Shown here: positions 22,187 through 34,910 of the stretch, piece after piece
How the letters are laid out: each line of letters opens with the position of its first letter
Numbering within the stretch: position 1 is the first letter of the stretch
Assembly (NCBI RefSeq): GCF_004010195.1
Contig: NC_057720.1
Location: forward strand, 36,700,334-36,764,333
Length of the DNA: 64,000 bases
Reading direction: 5' to 3'
DNA from: Chiloscyllium plagiosum
Taxonomy: Eukaryota
Program-made: the position numbers and the translations under genes
The notes under the pieces: generated by a model
Told to the model about the DNA's origin: nothing
The model's input: only the letters and a program-made list of their open reading frames with translations
Databases searched by the model: none

Positions 22187-23459
22187 AATTGTTAGGGCAG
22201 TTTTGGAATATTGCGTGCAATTCACAACACCCTATTGGCAGGATGTTGTGAAACTTGAAAGGGTTCAGAAAAGATTTACAAGCATGTTGCCAGGGTTGGA
22301 GAATTTGAGCAATAGGGATAGGCTGAATAGGCTGGGGCTGTTTTCCCTGGAGCATCAGAGGCTGAGGGGTGACCTTATATAGGTTTATAAAATCATGAGG
22401 GGCATGGATAGGATAAATAGACAAGGTTTTGTCTCTGGGGAGAGGGAGTCCTGAACTAGAGGGAATAGGTTTAGCGTGAGAGGGGAAAGATATAAAAGGG
22501 ACCTAAGGGGCAACTTTTTCACACAGAGGGTGGTGCAACGTTTTGGAATGAGCTGCCAGTGGAAGTGGTGGAGGCGGGTACAATTACAGCATTTAAAAGG
22601 CATCTGGATGCCTATTTAAATAGGAAGGGCTTGGAGGGTTATGGGCTAATTGCTGGCAGATGGGACTAGATTAGGTTAGGATATCTGGTTGGCATGAATG
22701 AGTTAGACCAAAGGGTCTGTTTCTGTGCTGTACGTCTCTGTGACTCTATAACCAGAATAATAGTAACTTTCAAAATTACTTCAGATTGCTCTTAGCTGGT
22801 TTCCTATGGATATTATGCTGTAGATAAAGTTGAGACAATTTTTAAAAGTTGTTGTTTTGGTTTACATTGAGATTGGGCCAGGTATAAATAGAGGAGTTAC
22901 TGAAATAATTTGTTGAATAAGGAAAGGATTTGAAAAAAAAAATGCCTTGTTGGTTACTTCCCATAGGCACAGCATACTTAAAAGGGTACAGCAAGCCAGA
23001 CTCCTTCCTAGTATTCCCATCCTGACTATGTCTGCTCTGAATTTCTTTGTTGAGGTAATCCCTTCTGTTCCTCTTGCTGTACTGTGGAAAAATTGATTTT
23101 CGCCGCTGCCAGAAACGTCAAAAATAAGATCAGAATTAGGCCATTTGAGCCATTGAGCCTCCTTTTATGTCATTCAATATAATTATAGTCAAACTCTATC
23201 TCAATGCTATACTTCCAGCTCTCTCCCCATGCCCTTTAATGGGCTTTAGTGTGGTTGTAAGTTTGCTTGCTGAGCTGGAAGGTTCATTTTTTAGTGTCTT
23301 GAAATCTTTGTATTTCTTAAATATATTCAGTAATTGGTTTCATGGCTTCGTGTGGTAGAGTTCTATGCTCCTCCACCGTCTGAGTGGAGAAGTGTCCCCT
23401 CATCTCTGTCGGAAATAATTGACTTTTTTTTTCCCCAAAGACATTAACCCTTGATCTAG

Positions 23460-24005
23460 AATTGGCTGGTTGGCAGAAAACAAGGTGCATAGATGGGCCT
23501 TTGCCTGATTGGCAGGAAATGACGTGAAGTCCTGCAAGGGTCTTTGTGCCTTTTGCAGTTGAATCAATGACCTGGATGAGGGGAGTTAAGGCATGATACT
23601 TAAATTTGCAGATGACACAAAGATAGAAACTATGTTGTAAAAAACATGAATGGAGTTTGCAGAATATGGATGCGTTATATGCATAGGCCGTAATCTAGCA
23701 ATGGAGTGTAAAGTGAGAAAATGTGAAGTTGTTCACTTTGGGAGGAAGAATGACAAAGCAGAGGATTGTTTAAATGGAGAACAGCTCCAGAATTCCAAGG
23801 TGCAGTGAGATCCTGATATTCTCATCCATGAGTCCCAAAATGCTAGTATGTAGACACAGCCAGTTTTTAAGAAGGCTAATTGGATGATATACTTTATTAC
23901 AAGAGGAATTAAAGATTAAAAACAAAGATGTTGCTCTTCAGTTAATCAAGGCATTAAAAAAAGCATACCTCAAACCATGTGCAGTTTTTTTTGGTCTCCT
24001 TATTT
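23460..24005 (+). mobile_element. Old CR1 RT fragment
   Basis: AAATTTGCAGATGACACAAAG (KFADDTK) and a downstream CEVVHFGRKN motif. Confidence 0.7.
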
Positions 24006-24006
24006 A

Positions 24007-24555
24007 AATCTTAGCAGGACTTATATACTTAATGGGAAGGTCCTAGGGAGTGTTGCTGAACAAAGAGTGCAGGTTCATAGCTCCTTGAAAGTGGAGTCAC
24101 GGGTAGATAGGATAGTGAAGAAAGCGTTTGGTATGCTTTCCTTTATTGGTCAGAGTACTGAGTACAGGAGTTGGAAAGTCATGTTGCGGCTGTACAGGAC
24201 ATTGGTTAGGCCACTGTTGGAATATTGCATGCAATTCTGGTCTCCCTACTCTTGGAAAGATGTTGTGAAACTTGAAAGGGTTCAGAAAAGATTTACAAGG
24301 TTTTGCCAGTGTTGGATTTGAGCTATAGAGAGAGAGGCTGAACAGGCTGGGGCTGTTTTCCATGGAGCGTCGGAGGCTGAGGGGTGACCTTTATAGAGGT
24401 TTACAAATTTGAGGGGCATGGATAGGGTAAATAGGCAAAGTCTTTTCCCTGGGATCAGGGAGTCGAGAACTAGAGGGCATAGGTTTAGGGTGAGAGGGGA
24501 AAGAGGGGTTGGACCGAAGAGGGGTTTCCATGCTGTACACTTCTCTGACTCTACA
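24007..24555 (+). mobile_element. CR1 LINE 3' fragment with internal deletion
   Basis: ORFs 23977-24321 and 24409-24603 are nearly identical to the 9155-9942 family. Confidence 0.88.
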
Positions 24556-24699
24556 GAAGCTAAATGCATTGCAAATGGTTCAGAAGTGGTTTTCTACATT
24601 TAATACTTGAAATTAGTGGGATATCTTATGAGTATGAGTTGGACAAGTGGACATGAGGAAAGTGGGGGGGGTAGGGGGAAAGAGTGCACTGGTAGTTTC

Positions 24700-26310
24700 T
24701 GGCTCACTGACCTATACATCGCTGAAGCTATGCACCAACTCAAAGACACCTCTACTACCACCCCCTCGACGATGACCTTAGCTCCCATCATCTTTCAGAC
24801 TATACACAACCTCATTACCTCAGTGGATGTCCCACCCACCGCTTCCAACATCAGTTCGAGAACCCCACACCGCCCGGTTCTGTCTCCTACCCAAGATCCA
24901 CAAGCCTGACTACATCAGCTGACCCATTGTCTCGGCCTGCTCCTGCCCCATCGAACCCATCTCTACATACCATGATACTATCCTACCCTCCCAGTCCAGG
25001 AACTCCCCACATATGTTCGGGACACCACCCACACCCTCCACTTTCTCCAAAACTTCTGTTTCCCTGGCCCCCAACACCTCACCTTCACCATATACATCCA
25101 ATCCCTATACACCTACGTCGCCATGACTGGGCCTCCAAACCCTCCATTTCTTCCTGTCCCAATGTCCCCACCAGTACCCTTCCAGTGACACTCATTTGTT
25201 TGGCTGAACTGGTCGTCACCCTCAATCATTTCTCCTTTGAATCCTCCCACTTCCTCCAGATGAAAAGGGGTAGCCATAGGCACCCGCTTGGGTCCCAGCT
25301 ATGCCTGTTTCTTTGTCAGTTACATGGAACAGTCCATCTTCCGTAGTTACACCAGCACCACACCCCACCTCTTCCTTCACTACACTGATGACTCGATCAG
25401 TGCCACCCCATTCTCCCATGAAACCATACACCCATGAGGAGGTTGAACAGTTCATCAACTTCAACAATACATTCCACCCTGACCTAAAATTCAACTGGAC
25501 CATCTCAGACACCTGTCTCCGTTCCTGGACCTCCCCTTATGACACCTACCCCTGCTACCGCAGGAATTGCAAAATCTGCGCCCACATCTGCGCCCTCACC
25601 TCTGTTCAAGGCCCCAGAGGAACCTTCCATGTCCATCAAAGTTTCACCTGCACTTCCATAAGTCATTTACTGTATCTATCGGTCCTGATGCTGTTACCAC
25701 TACATTGGGGAAACAGGATGCTTACTCGCAGAGCATTTCAGAAAACATTTCCGGGACACATACACCAACCAACCCCACCACCCCATGGCACTTCAACTCC
25801 CCCTCCCATTCTGCCAAGGACATGCAGGTCCTGGACAGCCTCCATCATCACTCCCTAACCACCCGACGCCTGGAGGAAGAATGGCCCTTCTTCCACCTCT
25901 GGGTCCTCCCAACCCCATGGCATCAATGTGGATTTCACCAGTTCCTCATTTTCTCTCCCCCCACTTTATCCCACATCCAACCTTCCAACTCATCACCACC
26001 CTCATGACCTGCCCTACCTGTCCATCTTCCTTCCCACCTATCTGCTCCACCCTCCTCTCTGACCTATCACCATTGCCCCCACCTCCATCCACCTATCGCA
26101 CCCTCAGCCACCTTCCCCCTCCTCCCCAACCCCAGCTCACCCCTCTCCCATTGACCTTACAAACTCCTCGGCTCCCAGCTTCATTTCTGATGAAGGACTT
26201 TTACCCGGAACATCAACTCTTCTGTTCCTTGGATGTTACCTGACCTGCTGTGCTTTTGAAACACCACACTCTCGACTCTAATCTCCAGCACCTGCAGTCC
26301 TCACTTTTGC
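24700..26310 (+). mobile_element. Penelope-like retroelement, decayed RT plus GIY-YIG endonuclease and 3' terminus
   Basis: RT remnants (IQSLYT, FSFESSHFLQMK, FHPDLKFNWTIS), Cys motif PCYRRNCKIC, FTCTS...YIGET endonuclease remnant, terminal CTGATGAAGG...GAAC motif. Confidence 0.85.
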
Positions 26311-28429
26311 CGTGTTGATGGAATCAAGTGAAGAAACAGCACTAGGTTTGACCATCGGTTTACAGTTCTCACTGAATAGAGGTTTGGTGCCTGGGGTTTG
26401 GACGACTGTTCCTCCCCTGTTAAAGAGGAAGGGATATTTCTAGGTCAGAAGGCCACACTCAAGTCCCACCTGTCTTGGTGATGCATTATGACATGTCCAA
26501 ATCGATGGATTTAAAAATACTTGTGGGAGGGGCAGACCAAATAATCAAAGACTAGTTAATGTAACCTCAATAGAGGGCATGCTATTGGAATCTGTTCTGA
26601 GACGGGATAAACTTAAGATGTGGACTGCTGCCTGAAAGGGTACAAACTATAACAGCCCTCCCACTTGCTTTAAAAGGTGTCTGGCTCTGCACTTAAATTC
26701 TGTAACCACCAAGGCTATGGATCAAATATTGGAAAGTGGGATTGGGCTAGATGCCTTTTTGTTCAGTTGGCACTAGTGCAGACAGGTGTTTTCCCTTGCC
26801 ATATGTTTTTGCATGATTACCAGACCAAGCCTGAATGTTGTCCAGATGTTGATGTAGGTGCAGGCTTCTTCACTGTCTCAGCAGGTGCAAATTCTATAGA
26901 GCCTCTAATCCATACTTGTCTCTGTTCTCATCAGCAAGTCTTAATGGCAAAAGTCAAGTGCTCACTTATCTTTAATTTGTAGATCCTTCTGTTTAATAAA
27001 AATATCTTTGTTTTTTAACCTATCCAGACCTCTTATGATTTTGAATAAGTCTCCTCTCAACCTTCTCTTAGTTTTCATGTAGAAAGACATACCTATCTAC
27101 TTTTTTTTGAACACCTTTCACTTCATCTGTATTGTCGGTCTACTTGTCAGATGTGCAGTTCTGAATGTGTGGCTCTTCAATAATGAAGCAGTTACCTTTG
27201 ACCATTTAATCACTGCCTCAGTTTGACTAGACTCCTCTTCTGCGTAGTGTCTTGTTTGACCTGAAACCATGGAATCATAGAATGGTTACAACGAAGAAGA
27301 TCGTTTTGGCTTCTTGTGTTCATGACTGTTCTCTGCAAGAACAATTCTTCTCGTAGCACTTTGCCTTTAACCCTAAAAATTTTTTAATTCTTTTTTTTGA
27401 AAGCCACAATTGATTCAACTTCCACCACATTCCGACTCAAGCATCCTATTCAACATCCTAAGATTTCTGCTGAAATATTATTTTTGTCATGTCCTATTTC
27501 ATTCATTACCATTTACTTGTTGTCAGTGACCTTTTGATTCTTCTGCTACTAGAAGTGTTTTGTTCTTACTGCTCAATCAGATCTCTCAGGATTTCAATCA
27601 CCCCTTTCAAAACTTGTCAACTTTCTTTTAAAAGAAAACAACCCAGATTCACAAGTCTACCCATGTACTTGGATTGAGTCAACATGCTAATCCCACATCA
27701 TCTTTGTTTTTGGATTGTGGACTTGCTGGCAAGGCCAAATTTATTGCTGCTGCAAGTTCTGCTTGAAGCTGGTGATGAGCTGCGTTTTGTTTTGAATTGC
27801 TGTCATTCTTTTAGCTACACCAGTGGTTCTCTTGGAAAGTTCCAGAATGTTTACTTGGTGATGGTGAGGAAGCGATGATTCATTTCCAACTTATGATGAT
27901 GTGTGCTTTAAAGTGGCACTTCTGGTTGGTAGTGTTGCCAAGCTTATGCTGCCTTTCTACTTTCTCATAAGAGATTGCAGTTTGGAAGGTACTATCAAAG
28001 GTGCTATAAGCAAGGGGGTTGATAATGGAAGGAATGAATGTTTAAAATGGTAGATAAGATGCTGGCGGGTTAATTGCCTTGTTTTGGATGGTGTTAAATT
28101 TGAGTTTTTGAAATGCACAAAGTAGTGAACAGGTTTTGGAATATCAAGTTGGGTTTGCTTCCTGTAGAATTCCCAACCTCTGACTTGATCTTGGACTAGC
28201 CAGTATGAGTAGGTATAAGTTAAATTCCTGGTCAGCCCTTAGGATATTGATGGGTATTTCAATGTTGGTAAGGACATTATCATTAGAAATGTAACAAAAT
28301 TTGCTTCCAATTTCCACACTTTAACCATCACCTGATCTGTCTCCAACTCGTTTCTCCCTTGATTCTCTGCCTATATCTCTGAAGATAGGTTTAGATTGTT
28401 GGATAAGATTCACTAAAAGTCTGCTGTTC

Positions 28430-29300
28430 CCACAATTACACTGACTATGCTTACCTTCACCCTGTTTCCTTTAAGGATTCTCAGTTTGATCATCTCTCAT
28501 ATATTAGACAGTGAAATGTCCCATTTTTGTGCTTCTAATACAGCTTCCTTTTTCCTCAATACACAATCCTGCCCTATTAAGGCTGATCAGCCTTTCAGAT
28601 GTCTGTTCTATTTCATGCACTTTTACTACTTGTCCTCCCTCGCCCTCTATTCTCACACACCAACCACTTGCTTCCAATTATTGGATTAATCCTCAACTAT
28701 TTCCGCCATGGTGTCACCAATCACACCTTCCTATCCCTTTTCAGCATTTTGAAAGATCATTTCCTCCATGATATGGTAGTTCAGTTACTCCTCCCTTTTC
28801 CTATTATGTCTTTTCATACCTGTATTGGAGATGCAGCACTTGCTATTTAACGTCTTCCTTCATACTGACCATGACACTATGAACTCATAAACATGATTTG
28901 TTTGTACGTTCAATTCAATATTGCTTATTCCTGCTCACAATATTGTGTTCTTTGCATTAGTGAGACCTGTTACTGTAATTCTCTACTTTGTTTTCACTCT
29001 GACCTTGCAATGTTCCAGTGGAGATCAGTGCAAGCTCAGGAACCAAGAACTTTGCAGCCTTTTTGGCTCAACATTGCAACAAATTTTAAATTGTAACCTC
29101 CTGTCTTTTATTTTTGCTCTTTTTGGGTTTTGCTCTGTTTCTGTCTCCCATATTTTGGGACAACAGCTCTTCAGGATCCTATCATTCCCACCATTTCTAG
29201 ACACAGATTTATGCTTTTTCACTTGTTCAGGATCACACCCTTTCCCTGGCACAGATCTTGCCATTTCCGCTGAGTATTTATAGCATTTTGCTTTTGTAGT
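28430..29300 (+). mobile_element. Very old Penelope-like remnant
   Basis: C/T-rich with weak similarity to the copy at 24.7-26.3 kb and a degenerate ...GCTGAGTATTTATAGCATTTTGC terminus. Confidence 0.35.
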
Positions 29301-29559
29301 GAGATAAGGTGTTTTTGTTGTGCTGCCATCTCTCGTTAGTAATTGAACTGCCCAGCACTATTCATGATTGGATATAAGTAGACTCCAGAGATTTCACTGA
29401 TTCTATATTCACTTATCTCTGTCCAGAATGTACAACTTCTGATTTACAGTATTGATCAACGTAGCATGAATATTGTGTTCCCCTGCCTAGGCCCATCCGC
29501 TGCACAAACTCTCATGCTTCTGGCTTCTCCAACCTCCACTTTTTCAGTGCTCTCCTAAT

Positions 29560-29830
29560 CATCATCACCCCTCTCACCCCAGTTATACTCTCTTCTATCT
29601 GGCAGAAGAGACAAAAGTTTGAAAATATCTACAAACAGATTCCAGAACAGCTCCTTCCCCACTGTTGTTAGACTTCTGAACAGACTTCTCAAATGTTAAT
29701 GTTAATTGCTCTCGCTCTTTGCAGCTTCTCTGTGGCTGTAATACTGTATTCTGCACCCTGTTCTGCTACCCTGATGCACTTTATACGGTACAATCTGCCT
29801 CTATAGCATACAAAACCACACACTTCAGTA
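29560..29830 (+). mobile_element. Rex1/Babar-like LINE 3' end
   Basis: SGRR...TNRFQNSSFPTVVRLLN C-terminal motif. Confidence 0.6.
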
Positions 29831-29834
29831 TATT

Positions 29835-31050
29835 TGCTTATGAGAGCAGCTAGGAATCTTGCAGTTGGTAAACCACTTCCTGACTCTCCAAAGATTATCC
29901 ACTATCTACAAGGCACACAAGTCAGGAGAATGATCACATACTCCCCATTTGCCTGGATGAGTGCAGCTCTTAAAAACACTCGAGGCATGGCACCATCCAG
30001 GACAAAGCAGCCATTTGATTGGCACCATATCAATAAACATTCACTCGTTTTACCACCAGTGCTCAGTAGCAGCGGAGTGTGTAATCTACAAGGCGCACTA
30101 CAGAAGTTCAGCAAGGCTTTTTGGACAGCACTTGCCAAACCCACAACCCCATCCATCTAGAAGGGCAAACAGCAGATGCATGGGAATGCAACCGCCTATG
30201 CGTTGTCCTCCAAACCACCCACCATCCTGAGTTTGAGAGATATAATTTCTTCACTTGTGGGGTCAACATCCTAAAACTATCTCCTCAACAGAATTGTGGG
30301 GATACCTGTGCCAAATGGACTGTAGCAGTCAAGAAAGCAGCTCAGTATTACCTTTTCAAGGGCAATTTAGGAATTGAATTGAATTTATTGTCACATGTAC
30401 CAAGGTACAGTGAAAAGCTTCGTCTTGCGAGCGATACAGGCAGATCACATAGTTAAGTAGCATAGATAAGTAAATAATAGGTAAACAGCAGCAAAAACAA
30501 AAACACTGGTATAGGCGAACGCTAAGAGTTTGAGTCCATTCAGTATTCTAACAACGGTAGTGTAGAAACTGTTACTGAACAAACTGGTACGTATGTTCAG
30601 GCTTCTGTACCTTTTCCCCGATGATAGAGGTTGTAGAAAAGCATTGCCAGGGTGGGATGGATCTTTGAGAATGCTGGTGGCCTTTCCTTGACAGAGGCCC
30701 TGGCAGATGGATTCTATAGATGGGAGGTTGGCCTTTTGTAATTGTCTGGGTGGAGTTCACCACTCTCTAACCATCTTCGATCTTGACTGATACAGTTGTC
30801 ATACTAGGTAGTGGTATATCGACAGAATGCTCTTGATGGCGCACCTATAAAAGGTGGCAAGGGTATTTGCTGTCATGCCAAATTTCCTCAGCTGCCTGAG
30901 GAAGGAGAGACTTTGTTGGGCTCTTGTATCCAGTGTATCCACATGAAGAGACCAAGAAAACTGCTTGTGGATGACCACTCCCAAGAGCTTGATGAGCAAT
31001 AAATACTGGCTTAGTCACTGAAACCCACACCAAATGAATGAATAATTAAA
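29835..31050 (+). mobile_element. Family-B LINE 3' part, split by a Rex1-like insertion
   Basis: TQVRRMITYSPFAWM; the tail GGCAATTTAG|GAGCAATAAATACTGG...ATGAATGAAT is interrupted between about 30370 and 30994. Confidence 0.75.
30371..30993 (-). mobile_element. Rex1/Babar-like LINE 3' fragment
   Basis: Minus-strand peptide AQQSLSFLRQLRKFGM...LATFYRCAIKSILS and a (TTCAA)n tail. Confidence 0.75.
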
Positions 31051-33789
31051 AGAAAACTTGTGTTTTAATTGTCATTTTAAACATTACTGACACAATGTTG
31101 GTTTTACATTGCTGTTTTGTTTTCAAACAGAGAAATTCAGTTTTGGTTGGGACAAAGAGGAGAAAGAAGTTTACGGTGTGAATTTTGAGAAGAGCAAGTG
31201 GAATGACTTGAATCCTTTCCACAGTAAAAATGTGCATCTTCAAGAAGTCTCACATTTAAAAGATGATGGCTCTTCAGGTGAGTGTGGTTTTTATTTATTA
31301 ATGGGAATGTGGGCATCACTGGCTGGGTCAGCCTTCGTTGCCTGTTCCTAATTACCCTTGAGAAGACGATGAGCAATGTCCAGACACACAACTTGTACCA
31401 AATTGTATTACTGATCTATGTAAATGGACAGAGGTCAATATCAAACAGTCCTATTTTTTAAATTCTAGGAAAACCTCTTCTTTGACTAGGTTATTTATGT
31501 TGCATTTTAATAGTAGAAGTGAAAGGTCAGTCACAATTATGGCAAACTCCAAGATGGTTCAGTGAAGTGAATCATTGGAGCAGTGTAACTTGCTGAACAG
31601 AGCACATTCTGTTCATCTTATGCCAGTTATTTTACACTGCTTTCTTTGTTTTAAACAAAGAATTTAAAAAAAAAAAATAATGACACAACTTGCTTTTTGA
31701 ATGAAGAAGTGTGTTCTTGCAGTGGCAAAATATTACCAAACTTTGAGCAATTTCAGGAATACATACCTGGCTTGAAGTACTAGTTCACTTTATTGAGAGC
31801 AGTGATCCCCACACATACTTCATAAAAATAGGTAACCTACAGCAGGCAAGTGTAGAATAAGGACCACCAATGGTCCATTCAGAGGATCTGTGGAATCCAG
31901 TGGAAAGAAAGGTGGTTCAAAAGTGGAATCCTATCTGAAGTCAGTTTGTGTGGAATCCAATTGCTCATCATTTAATTAGTTCTCACACCAGACTCCCAAA
32001 GGTAACTGTTAGTTTGGAACTTTGTCGTGCCAGGAAACTCCCTGGCTGACAGCTGAAGCGTTTTACACATGTCCTTTAAAGTATCCCTAAAGCGATCAAG
32101 TATTCCTGCCAACTCTTGGAATACTCTAGTTTATGAATAATCAAAATGAAGCAGCCTTGTTTGATAAGCATCACATATATCAAGACACTTCAGAAATACA
32201 TCAAATAAAGTCAAGGTACAGGAAAACTAAATAACCCATCCCTTCATGCATCATCTGTCCAAAGTATGGCATAGTCTGCTGGTTGTGAATTGGGCATATC
32301 AACATGTGGGCCACCTTTCATACTTTTCTTATTATTTGCGAATACATTGTTAAAGGGTGGTATTGGAAGAAAATAAATAATGCTGTCAAACCAAGTTTCA
32401 TTGTGATCCCATTTGCCTTGAAAGAAAAAATGCAGTATGTCATAATTGCAATACATTTTCATGAAAATGGATGCTTTAAGTAAACTACAAAAGTTGCTGT
32501 AACTTATTCTCTTTTGTACAATTACTGACCTCTTAAATTATTCAGGTCATCATTAGTCGTCAGTGTCTTACTAAGAAGTAAAATTCACTCTGCAACAATT
32601 TCTACTACAGTGTGGAGTAATTGCCAAATACTTGGGTAATTTTGGATAAGTATTGAGGCACTGACCTGAAAAGTGCTTGCTGCCTTGGTGACCTCAACAG
32701 TGGCTAAATTGAAACTTATGACTTAACCAACAACATAAATTTCTTTCAGATACCTGAAAGACGTGTTCAGAACTTGATGTTTTCGAATTTGAAATTGGAT
32801 GTGGGATTTAAACTTATTTGTATAGGATTAGCATTTACACCTTCACTTGTTTTATGAAGTGTTTTACTTCCATAGTTACTGTTTGTTGATATGCGAAATT
32901 TGTGTTCAACATGATTTAACACAACACCATGGAAACATTCTAGAGAATGAAGATGTCAATGAGAACAGCTTGACCAGTAACTGCTGCAGGCCAACAGAGG
33001 AAAGCAACTGAATCAGCTAATGAGCACTGCCAATAAAAAAAAATCCATGGTAATAGCCAAACAGCATCCTAAGGCATTCTGGTTAGAGGGCAGGGATGAT
33101 CAGTCTTGTGGTGTCAGTGTTCTCAGTGACCACTTTGAAGCAAAGTGTTTCTTGGAACTGATGAAAATCTTCAAACTGCACAGAAAATACTCAATGTAAT
33201 TTATTCTCGCATTTAAACTGCAGTGAAAGGGAAAGATTGTCATAGTTTTATACTGAGCTATGCTAGAGTTACAACAACTATTCGTATAATTTCATTGCCT
33301 TCAACATAATCAAGATCTAAAGGCAATTCACAGGAGCATTATGAAACGATGCTGATCCATGTAAAGAGATATTGGGTCAAGTGACCAAAGCTTTGTCAAA
33401 GAGATCACAGAATCATAGTTACAGAAGATGCCCTTCAGTCCCTTGACTCTTTATCACCAAAAATACATTGTTATCTACACTAGTCCCATTTTCTCATACT
33501 CGGCCATGGCCTTGAATGTTATGACACTTCAGCTGTTCATCCAAGTGTTAAAGGTTGTGAGATTACTTTCCTCAGCTATCCTCCCAGGCAGTGCATTCCA
33601 GATTGTCACCACCCTTTTGGTTGAAAAAATATTTCCTTCAAACTTCCTGCCTTGAAAAGTGTACCCTCTTCTTGACCCAACAACTAAGGGGAACAGCTGT
33701 TTTATGGAATGTCTTAGGACATGTTGTCCTTCTTCTCAAACTTCAGCAGTTTCACCAATTACTTTTCCTCCATCAGAGTGGAAGTAGAG

Positions 33790-34910
33790 ATGGTCACTGA
33801 TGACTACATAGATACTGAAGCAGCTCTTTCTATATGTAGCAAAACCTGGACAGCATCCAGATTTGGGCTGATGTATGGTGTGCCTGTTATTTGTCACTTT
33901 GCCAAGCAATAACTATTTCAAACAAGAAAATCTAACCATAGTCCTTGACACTCTATGGCATTGTACCTGAACCTTCACTATCAACATTTTAGGTGTTTAA
34001 AAAGAAAACCAAATGAGCCATGTACATGCTGTGGCTACAGGAGCAGCTCATGGTCTAGGAATTCTGTGGTGCATAATTTGCTGCATCCTAATGCCGGGCT
34101 ACCATCTACAAGGCAAAAATCAAGGCATTTCCCATTTGCCTGGACTTGTGCAGCTCACCATCTTGGAGAGATGATGTTATAGTTTTAATGTCCCTGGACT
34201 AGTAATCCATAGACTCAAGCTAATGTCATTGGGAACATGGCAACTGGTGGAGTTTAAATTCAGTTACTAAGTATGGAGTCTAAAGCTAGTCTCAGTAATG
34301 GTGACTATGAAACTATTGTCATAAAAACCATTTAGTTCACTAATGCCGACAGGGAAAGAAATCTTCCATTCTTACCAGGTTGAGCCTGTGTGTGTCTGCA
34401 GACTTGCAACAATGTGGTCAACTCTCAACTATCCTCTGTGTAATGGCAGACCTCTTCCTGCAGTTCAAAGGCAATTAGGAATAGGCAACAAATACTGATC
34501 TTGTTGGTGATATCCACATCCAATGACATAATTAAAAGAAACACTTGACAATATTATGCAGGACAAAGCAACCCAATTCTCTGACACCATCTAACACCTG
34601 AAAGGATGAAGACAGCAGATGTGGAGGAGCATCACCGTCTGAAGGCTCCCCTCCAAGTCACATACCATTATGTCTGTGTCTCTGTTCCATCACTCTTGCT
34701 GGGTCAGTATCATGGAGAAAGTGTGGACTCCAGATGCTGGAGAGTTAGTCAAAAAGTGTTATGCTGGAAAAGCACAACAGGTGGGGTAGTATCCAAAGAG
34801 TAGGAGAGTCGACGTTCACTTCCCAACAATGTGGGGGGGGGTGTTTCTGTGCTCCAAGGACTTTAGCGGTTCAAGAAGCCAGCTCACCATCACCTTCAAG
34901 AGGTCAATTG
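33790..34910 (+). mobile_element. Cluster: family-B LINE fragments with a family-B SINE (about 34180-34535) and a Penelope terminus (about 34713-34817, minus)
   Basis: Segments match the copies at 14.9-17.2 kb, 46074-46420 and 8061-8184. Confidence 0.6.

Larger units (their letters stand above)
19458..22750 (+). mobile_element. CR1 LINE split into three pieces (19458-19790, 20888-21289, 22187-22750) by later insertions
   Basis: The pieces join into one collinear RT-to-3' UTR sequence across the insertion junctions (CAGCACT|GTCCACTG and GGACATTG|TTAGG). Confidence 0.85.
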
